A stretch of DNA of 32,000 bases from Aliivibrio fischeri ES114 (lineage in GTDB: Bacteria > Pseudomonadota > Gammaproteobacteria > Enterobacterales > Vibrionaceae). Shown piece by piece: positions 26,541 through 32,000 of this stretch. Below the pieces are notes generated by a model that searched no databases, had not been told where the DNA came from, and was given only the letters and a program-made list of their open reading frames with translations. The stretch is from assembly GCF_000011805.1 (NCBI RefSeq), contig NC_006841.2. The stretch is one strand, 5' to 3'. Every line of letters begins with the position of its first letter. The first letter of the stretch is position 1. The position numbers were made by a program, and so were the translations under genes.

Positions 26541-26951
26541 TTAGTTAGCTTGATTTAGCTGCAATAAGTCCCATTTTGTACCGTATAAATCTTTAAATAC
26601 AACAACTGTACCGTACTCTTCAATACGAGGTTCTTCAGTAAATTCGACACCTTGAGCTTTCATCAACTCATAGTCACGCCAGAAGTCATTGGTTTGAAGA
26701 AATAAGAAAACACGACCACCCGCTTGATTACCAACTGATTTTAATTGCTCTTCATTACTTGCTTGAGCCAATAGTAAATTTGTACCCGTTGAATTAGGTG
26801 GAGATATTTGAACCCAACGCTTACCACCGCCTAAATCCGTATCTTCGATAAGCTCAAATTGAAGTTTTTTAGTATAAAATTCAATTGCATCATCATAATT
26901 TTCAACAACTAAGGCGATGTTACCAATTCTTTGTTCGATGGGCTTATTCAT
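26541..26951 (-). CDS. VOC (glyoxalase/bleomycin-resistance/dioxygenase) family protein
   Basis: 'IGNIALVVENYDDAIEFYTKKLQFEL' ... 'FKDLYGTKWDLLQ'. The ATG at 26951 (SD gtgag) is preferred over the TTG at 26972. Confidence 0.8.
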   Translation of the reverse strand: MNKPIEQRIGNIALVVENYDDAIEFYTKKLQFELIEDTDLGGGKRWVQISPPNSTGTNLLLAQASNEEQLKSVGNQAGGRVFLFLQTNDFWRDYELMKAQGVEFTEEPRIEEYGTVVVFKDLYGTKWDLLQLNQAN

Positions 26952-27016
26952 TTGCGGCTCACTACAGTTCAAAAATAGAATTCTACCCTATTTAGCTCAT
27001 AAACTCATTTTGCATA

Positions 27017-27136
27017 TAACGCCTGCATAACACGTTTACTACTATGCGATTATACTTAAAATTGACGCCTTAAAATGAGAAACACCCGACAACCTGAGAT
27101 GCCGAGTGTAGTAAATCGTGTTGATGCATTTGTTAA
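27017..27136 (-). repeat. attC subtype A (120 bp)
   Basis: Both arms intact. Confidence 0.92.
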
Positions 27137-27196
27137 ATGGCTTCTATCGACAACATTGAAATTTTAATTATTAATTTATGCAGCATGTTAGAGATA

Positions 27197-27505
27197 TTAA
27201 TAATCAAATTGACAATTTAACGCTTCACCAACCACAACTGTTGTATCAATGTTAGAATCGATATTTACAACTCGAACAGCGTTAGCTCCAGCTTTGGCTG
27301 CTTTGTTCATAATTTCATTCATCGCTCCCTCTGCATCGTGCGCAGTTGTCCAACCAGTGGAACCTGAACCTGTTACCGTTGTAACAAACTTGCAGTTATA
27401 TTCACTTTGGTTATCAACCATTCTCACCATGCGTCCTTCTGGGGTTGGAGCTACAATACAACCATTAAGAAGCATAACTCCCATTAAAAGAACCAAAACT
27501 CTCAT
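27197..27505 (-). CDS. DUF4156-type lipoprotein
   Basis: Lipobox 'LLNGC'. 'C.F...V.GSG...W.....EGAMNEIMNKAAKAGANAV' matches the DUF4156 pattern from memory. Confidence 0.7.
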   Translation of the reverse strand: MRVLVLLMGVMLLNGCIVAPTPEGRMVRMVDNQSEYNCKFVTTVTGSGSTGWTTAHDAEGAMNEIMNKAAKAGANAVRVVNIDSNIDTTVVVGEALNCQFDY

Positions 27506-27537
27506 TACTTGCTACCTATATTTATTTGCTGGCCATT

Positions 27538-27657
27538 TAACGCCTGCATAACACGTTTACTACTATGCAATTATACTTAAAATTGACACCTTAAAACGAG
27601 AAACACTCGACAATCTGAGATACCGAGTGTAGTAAATCGTGTTGATGCATTTGTTAT
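27538..27657 (-). repeat. attC subtype A (120 bp)
   Basis: Both arms intact. Confidence 0.92.
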
Positions 27658-27782
27658 GTGTTAATCAGCCTAACTTATTGTTGTAAATCAATATTTAATT
27701 ATTTACTTTTTATATATCTTTCTTAAATTTACTTTTGCTGATAAAAACAAAACGGGAAACAATAACTATAATGGAGTAAACC

Positions 27783-28151
27783 ATGTCTGATATTCATGAT
27801 CATTTCTTTAATCCTGAAGTAAACCGCTATGTTTTTAGCGAAGAACAAATTGATGCAATTACTGATAATTCTCATATTATTTATAGAGAAATGATCACTA
27901 GCGAACTACGTAAATGTTCACATGATACATTAAATGAATTAGCTATCGACATTGATAATGCATCTAATGGAGTTAGTCCACTACCTAAAAACATTACATT
28001 TGAATCAGTTGCCGAGCAGATGTGTAGCATACACAACATACCTTTTAGTGAACTTAATGATATCACTGAAAAATATGAAATAGCCTCTCCCGCAACTCGC
28101 GATTATTTTGATGGTAAATTCCTATTTGATAATGGATATGAAAACATTTAA
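27783..28151 (+). CDS. acidic hypothetical protein, reverse-oriented in its cassette
   Basis: 122 aa. SD ggag 6 nt upstream of the ATG. A hairpin follows at 28163-28186. Confidence 0.6.
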   Translation: MSDIHDHFFNPEVNRYVFSEEQIDAITDNSHIIYREMITSELRKCSHDTLNELAIDIDNASNGVSPLPKNITFESVAEQMCSIHNIPFSELNDITEKYEIASPATRDYFDGKFLFDNGYENI

Positions 28152-28162
28152 TTAAACCCTAT

Positions 28163-28190
28163 GGGGCTAGCTAAACAACTAGCTCCATTT
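28163..28190 (+). terminator. hairpin plus short U tract after the reverse-oriented ORF
   Basis: ggggctag / ctagctcc stem (one G-U pair), then atttt. Confidence 0.55.
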
Positions 28191-28202
28191 TACAAAAACA
28201 CA

Positions 28203-28323
28203 TAACGCCTGCATAACACGTTTACTACCAAGCAATTATACTTAAAAGTAATGCCTTAAAACGAGAAACATCTGGCAACCTGAGGATGCCGAGTGTAGTA
28301 AATCGTGTTGATGCATTTGTTAT
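28203..28323 (-). repeat. attC subtype A (121 bp)
   Basis: Both arms intact. Confidence 0.92.
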
Positions 28324-29111
28324 AAGCACCTTTCACCAAATAGACTATTTGTAATGGGTTGGTGATTTAGCTTCAGATACTCGATGTCAGCTAAATAAGC
28401 AAGATGATGTCCATTACTGATGTTTTCAATAAATGCCTCATTACCGTTGTCAGCTTCACTTTGCATGAAATCGACTAAGGTTTTAACCCTAGCAATCATA
28501 GTTTCAACTAACTTCTCACGTTCAGCATTTGATAAACCATAAGAATCACAAAACAACTTAGCCCTAGCCGATTGAGAGTTTAAATCACCTAATGCATCAT
28601 ACTCATTGGTCTTAAACGGTGCCCAACAATAAACAGCATACGCAATATCCCAAAGTCTTGGTGCAGGATGAGCCGTATCAAAGTCAAAAATACCGACAGT
28701 TTGATTTCCATTTAAAGCTACATTGTAAGGAGCGAAATCTCCATGACAAATAACTTCATACGGTTTTCTGCTTGGTAGCATCCATTCAGTTTTTTGAAAT
28801 GACGGACTAGAAATAAATGAAACCGTTGAATCATGATATTGACGCAAAAGCTTGCCAGCAGAAATTAATGCTTCATCCGTGGCTATATTTCCAGACAATG
28901 GATAATTGTAAACTTCACCCGAGACATAAGACAAAATCTCATTTCCATTATCGTCAAAACCAAAGGATTTTGGAGCGCCACTAAAGCCATCACTTTCGAG
29001 GTGAGACAGCAACTTATGAATTGAAACAGACCAAAAACCACTTGGTCGATATACTTTATCTTCAGAGCGAAAAACTAACCCTTCGCGCCCGCCTTGAAGT
29101 TCTTCCATCAT
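28320..29111 (-). CDS. aminoglycoside-phosphotransferase-like (APH/ChoK family) kinase
   Basis: Catalytic 'CHGDFAPYNV' and 'GIFDFDTAHP' (Brenner and DFD motifs). The stop codon lies inside the attC. Confidence 0.8.
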   Translation of the reverse strand: MMEELQGGREGLVFRSEDKVYRPSGFWSVSIHKLLSHLESDGFSGAPKSFGFDDNGNEILSYVSGEVYNYPLSGNIATDEALISAGKLLRQYHDSTVSFISSPSFQKTEWMLPSRKPYEVICHGDFAPYNVALNGNQTVGIFDFDTAHPAPRLWDIAYAVYCWAPFKTNEYDALGDLNSQSARAKLFCDSYGLSNAEREKLVETMIARVKTLVDFMQSEADNGNEAFIENISNGHHLAYLADIEYLKLNHQPITNSLFGERCL

Positions 29112-29140
29112 AATTCCTTTTCATGAAAAACCAGTGCTTA

Positions 29141-29261
29141 TAACGCCTGCATAACACGTTTGCTACTATGCAATTATACTTAATATTGACGCCTTAAAAC
29201 GAGAAACACCCGGCAAACTGAGGTTGCCGAGTGTAGTAAATCGTGTTGATGCATTTGTTAT
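29141..29261 (-). repeat. attC subtype A (121 bp)
   Basis: Both arms intact. Confidence 0.92.
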
Positions 29262-29351
29262 ACGTGTCTACTTTAGTTTGAATAAGTACATATACAAAAC
29301 TTAATATAACTTACAGTTCATCACAGCTAAAACAGCACAAGAGGTATGAAT

Positions 29352-29480
29352 AAAAAAAGGGCTCGATGACTGGAATCGAGCCCTGAACGTGAAATGCCTG
29401 TCTACAGCAACACAAAATTAGTGAGGAGTTCCAGTTTATTACTGGAGTCACTCCCAACCAACTGTAAAATAAGACAGGTT
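29352..29480 (-). ncRNA. sRNA-like unit U1
   Basis: Minus strand: aacctgtcttattttacagttggtt, a hairpin containing ACUCCUCAC, gttgctgtagacaggcatttca, then the terminator gggctcga / tcgagccc + U7. Confidence 0.5.
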
Positions 29481-29533
29481 TGTTTTTAACGCTACATCCT
29501 TTGAAATCAAGTGAAACCCTTGATATTTCACAC

Positions 29534-29665
29534 AAAAAAAAGGGACTCATTGGCTAAAATTGAGTCCCAGACATGAAATGCTTGTCTACAGCAACACATA
29601 AGTAAGGAGTGACTACAATTTTATTACATTGACACTACCTTACTAACTGTAAAATCAGGTAGGTT
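29534..29665 (-). ncRNA. sRNA-like unit U2
   Basis: Minus strand: aacctacctgattttacagttagt, a hairpin containing ACUCCUUAC, gttgctgtagacaagcatttca, then the terminator gggactca / tgagtccc + U8. Confidence 0.5.
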
Positions 29666-29705
29666 ACTATTAAATATTTATAATTTGAACGTCATTGATT
29701 TCGTA

Positions 29706-29825
29706 TAACGCCTGCATAACACGTTTGCTACCAAGCAGATTAAGCTCAAATTTACCACTTAACTCGGTAAACCAAAAGAAATCTAGAATGCCGAATGTAG
29801 CAAATCGTGTTGATGCATTTGTTAG
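29706..29825 (-). repeat. attC subtype C (120 bp)
   Basis: Both arms intact. Confidence 0.92.
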
Positions 29826-29873
29826 CCTTATTAACTTAATTAGTATACTATACCTTAAATTTAAATATTAAGG

Positions 29874-30251
29874 ATGGCAATTATGCTAATGGCTCTTAAC
29901 ACTCATAATTTTGACCACAAAAAAGCTTACGGTTACGACAACATTGTTATGGATGCAGACTATTCACAAGTTGACCGTGCAAATATCGAAAATCTAAATA
30001 ACATAACAGCAATGGTACGCTTTAGTTATACCGAAAATAGACAAATTACTATCGAAAAATTCGAAAATATAACTGTAATAGAGTCGATAACGACAAAAGA
30101 TTTCGACTTCAAAGATGCTGCCAAAGGAGTTTTATTCCTAGGAGAGCGTATTTCCATCGAAATCGTCAATAAAGACTCTGCTGCCATTTTATACCCAAAA
30201 GCTTTCAACAAGCTTGGGCACTTTAATCAATTTACACTTAAGTTAACTTAA
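29874..30251 (+). CDS. hypothetical protein, reverse-oriented in its cassette
   Basis: 125 aa. The aagga SD fits the ATG at 29883 better than the one at 29874. Confidence 0.5.
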   Translation: MAIMLMALNTHNFDHKKAYGYDNIVMDADYSQVDRANIENLNNITAMVRFSYTENRQITIEKFENITVIESITTKDFDFKDAAKGVLFLGERISIEIVNKDSAAILYPKAFNKLGHFNQFTLKLT

Positions 30252-30257
30252 TAGGGC

Positions 30258-30377
30258 TAACGCCTGCATAACACGTTTGCTACCATGCAGATTAAGCTTA
30301 AATTTACCACTTAACACGGTAAACTAAAAGAAACCTAGAATGCCGAATGTAGCAAATCGTGTTGATGCATTTGTTAT
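30258..30377 (-). repeat. attC subtype C (120 bp)
   Basis: Both arms intact. Confidence 0.92.
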
Positions 30378-30817
30378 AAGCACATTCTTACACGGTTCAT
30401 ATGAACAAATTGAGCATCTTCTGATGTTACTTGGAAACCAAATTTACGATATAAACCGCCTACCCGATTGCCTTGTAAATAACACAATTTCACTGGTTTA
30501 TTTTCACTATCAGCAAACTCTAAACATTGGCTCAAAACCTGACTTCCTATTCCTTTTCCGTGAAAGCTTGGTAATAAAAAGAAACGGCAAAAATAAAAAT
30601 GCTCACCTTTGTTTTGAAGCAAATAGCTACCTATTGCTTCACCTGACATTTCAATAATGGTTGGTTTTTCTTCATCCCATTCATCTTGATGCATTTCACG
30701 TTGGATTTTATCGTCCCAACCAAACACAGCCTTAATTGGCTCAAATTCAGCTGCCTTTTTAAGTTCAAATAAGAACTCAAAATCACTATCTTTCGCTGAA
30801 CGCGTAGAAAATTTCAA
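30374..30817 (-). CDS. GNAT family N-acetyltransferase
   Basis: 'FLLPSFHGKGIGSQVL' acetyl-CoA motif. TTG start after agagg. The stop codon lies inside the attC. Confidence 0.8.
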   Translation of the reverse strand: MKFSTRSAKDSDFEFLFELKKAAEFEPIKAVFGWDDKIQREMHQDEWDEEKPTIIEMSGEAIGSYLLQNKGEHFYFCRFFLLPSFHGKGIGSQVLSQCLEFADSENKPVKLCYLQGNRVGGLYRKFGFQVTSEDAQFVHMNRVRMCL

Positions 30818-30860
30818 ACCTTTACCTCTGGCTCAAATAACCTTAATAAATCGGTGCTTA

Positions 30861-30962
30861 TAACGCCACAATAACACGTGCGAACACCTTACTTTCCAAA
30901 CCAATTAAACTTCAAACCACAAACGCCGAGTGTAATTAGCATCGTGTTGATTGCTTTGTTAT
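30861..30962 (-). repeat. attC subtype E (102 bp)
   Basis: taacgccacaataacacgtgcgaac ... gcatcgtgttgattgctttgttat. Confidence 0.9.
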
Positions 30963-31417
30963 GCGCGCTTACTTAAGTAAACCCTGACAAACCCAAATTC
31001 TTCGTCCTTTTCTTCCCTATCAATTACCCAAGCATTTTTTAGATAAAACTTAATGGCTTGTTCATTACCTTTGAAAGTTTCAAGGCGATAAGTTTGGTGA
31101 CCTAATAGTGTCATTTTATTTTCAACATGTTTAAGAAGATTAGAACCTAGACCAGAACGCTGAATTTGAGGAGAAACCATTAAGATATGCACGAAGTCAT
31201 TTTCAAATGCACAATAACCTTGAATTTGGTTATTTAATTCAAGTACAACACAGTTTGACAGTTGTTTTTCAATTTCCTTATCTGACTCACCACTGTTAAT
31301 AAACCAATCAACACCCTCATCACCCAAGAAAGAACGATAACAAGTATTAATCGTGTCTCTAGCTAATTCTTGGATCGACGTTAAGTCAGTCCCCTGAGCT
31401 TTTCTAATATTTGCCAT
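30959..31417 (-). CDS. GNAT family N-acetyltransferase
   Basis: 'MVSPQIQRSGLGSNLL' acetyl-CoA motif. SD aaggaaagg. The stop codon lies inside the attC. Confidence 0.8.
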   Translation of the reverse strand: MANIRKAQGTDLTSIQELARDTINTCYRSFLGDEGVDWFINSGESDKEIEKQLSNCVVLELNNQIQGYCAFENDFVHILMVSPQIQRSGLGSNLLKHVENKMTLLGHQTYRLETFKGNEQAIKFYLKNAWVIDREEKDEEFGFVRVYLSKRA

Positions 31418-31440
31418 ATAACCTTTCCTTTTTTAGCACA

Positions 31441-31560
31441 TAACGCCTGCATAACACGTTTACTACTATGCAATTATACTCAATATTGACGCCTTAAAAC
31501 GAGAAACACCCGACAACCTGAGATGCCGAGTGTAGTAAATCGTGTTGATGCATTTGTTAA
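31441..31560 (-). repeat. attC subtype A (120 bp)
   Basis: Both arms intact. Confidence 0.92.
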
Positions 31561-31571
31561 CAAGCAATTAT

Positions 31572-32000
31572 CTACCTAGCTTTATAAGCTATTAAAGCTT
31601 GCTGCAACCAAGAATCTTGTTCCTTGATATTTTTAATCACCCAATTAATGAATTTAGCTGAATACCTGTGAATATCAGTATAATTATGATACTCAGAATT
31701 ATTATTTGCTTTAATTTTATGTTTATAACAGATAGCTTGAAAAGAGTGTTGATTTAATACTACCTTTGATTGCTCTCTATTCATTTGTTCAATAGCAGCC
31801 TTTGTTGTAAAAGGATGCGTTGTATTTAAATCTTTAGCTTGAGTGATAATAACTGCTTGTTGACCATTATCACCAACACTCAGAGTTAAATCGGCCTGAC
31901 TTGGATTTTTTGTTAAAGCTAATTTATAGTCAATTGAGATAGAGTATTTATCTGAGCCAATCTCTTTACTTGTACTTTCAAATTGCTTTAAAAAGTTAGT
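31572..32000 (-). CDS. hypothetical protein, 5' end beyond the right edge
   Basis: The listed 70-aa ORF (31572..31784) begins at an internal Met. My hand translation shows the same frame open, with no stop, all the way to base 32000. Confidence 0.55.
   Translation of the reverse strand, partial: TNFLKQFESTSKEIGSDKYSISIDYKLALTKNPSQADLTLSVGDNGQQAVIITQAKDLNTTHPFTTKAAIEQMNREQSKVVLNQHSFQAICYKHKIKANNNSEYHNYTDIHRYSAKFINWVIKNIKEQDSWLQQALIAYKAR

Larger units (their letters stand above)
13179..32000 (-). mobile_element. sedentary chromosomal integron cassette array (promoter-distal part; intI/attI not in window)
   Basis: 25 imperfectly palindromic repeats. Each has taacgcctgcataacacg at its low-coordinate end and cgtgttgatgcatttgtta(t/a/g) at its high-coordinate end, spaced 380-1270 bp apart. 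Most ORFs are on the minus strand, and several stop codons lie inside the ..gtta end (the R'' ATAAC on the minus strand). Subtypes by central region: A 'tttactact..gtagtaaatcg', B 'tttgctacgatac..gtagcaaatcg', C 'tttgctacca..cagattaagc', D 'gccgcaataacacgtttattactacg', E 102 bp 'gcc(g/a)caataacacgtgcgaac'. Confidence 0.92.

Noticed and set aside
29311-29550. Listed 79-aa minus-strand ORF in the sRNA-like cassette.
   Set aside because: It reads through an intrinsic terminator hairpin and both repeat units, has no SD, and gives a Cys/Phe-rich low-complexity product.
13475-30657. Short ORFs inside the array: 13475..13717, 13509..13691, 16496..16693, 18667..18852, 20663..20902, 20803..21003, 25922..26104, 27249..27551, 27881..28066, 30026..30211, 30340..30657.
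   Set aside because: They are antisense shadows of recognisable cassette genes, or they read straight through attC repeats (e.g. 25922..26104, 30340..30657, 20803..21003).
13179-32000. The regularly spaced repeats could be read as a CRISPR array.
   Set aside because: The repeats are ~120 bp, internally palindromic and only ~80-90% alike. The 'spacers' are 380-1270 bp and contain genes. The terminal boxes are ATAAC/GTTAT attC cores.}

Overview
AT-rich, Vibrionaceae-like chromosomal DNA. Bases 1-12.2 kb are ordinary core genome: MFS transporter tail, fatty-acid cis/trans isomerase, PilZ protein, FAD oxidoreductase, ABC-class ATPase, a multi-pass membrane protein, DUF3297, and secreted/lipoproteins. 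Bases 12.2-13.2 kb are an AT-rich junction holding one sRNA-like element and two tiny SD-preceded ORFs. From 13179 to the right edge lies the promoter-distal ~18.8 kb of a sedentary chromosomal integron (superintegron). It has 25 VCR-like attC sites: mostly 120-122 bp, two of 102 bp, one of 85 bp, one degenerate and one truncated terminal copy. These delimit 25 cassettes whose sense strand is the minus strand, so attI/intI should lie beyond the right edge (not seen). Recognisable cassette genes are an Asp/Glu-racemase homologue, YHS protein, three GNATs, a 2H phosphoesterase, panB (reversed), DUF4243, an FRG-domain protein, LysE exporter, VOC/glyoxalase, DUF4156 lipoprotein and an APH-like kinase. 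The rest are small hypotheticals. The most unusual content is non-coding. (i) Three paralogous ~460-bp ORF-less cassettes, two of them adjacent, keep blocks of perfect nucleotide identity in a ~210-bp core. (ii) One cassette holds only two tandem ~130-nt terminator-ended sRNA-like units, with a third homologous unit outside the array. Other points: an FRG gene apparently truncated at an A6 tract; a multi-ORF cassette split by one in-frame TAA; a translationally coupled glycine-zipper protein plus 53-aa membrane peptide; progressive attC decay toward the array terminus. All functional calls rest on motif recognition by eye. No database search was possible.
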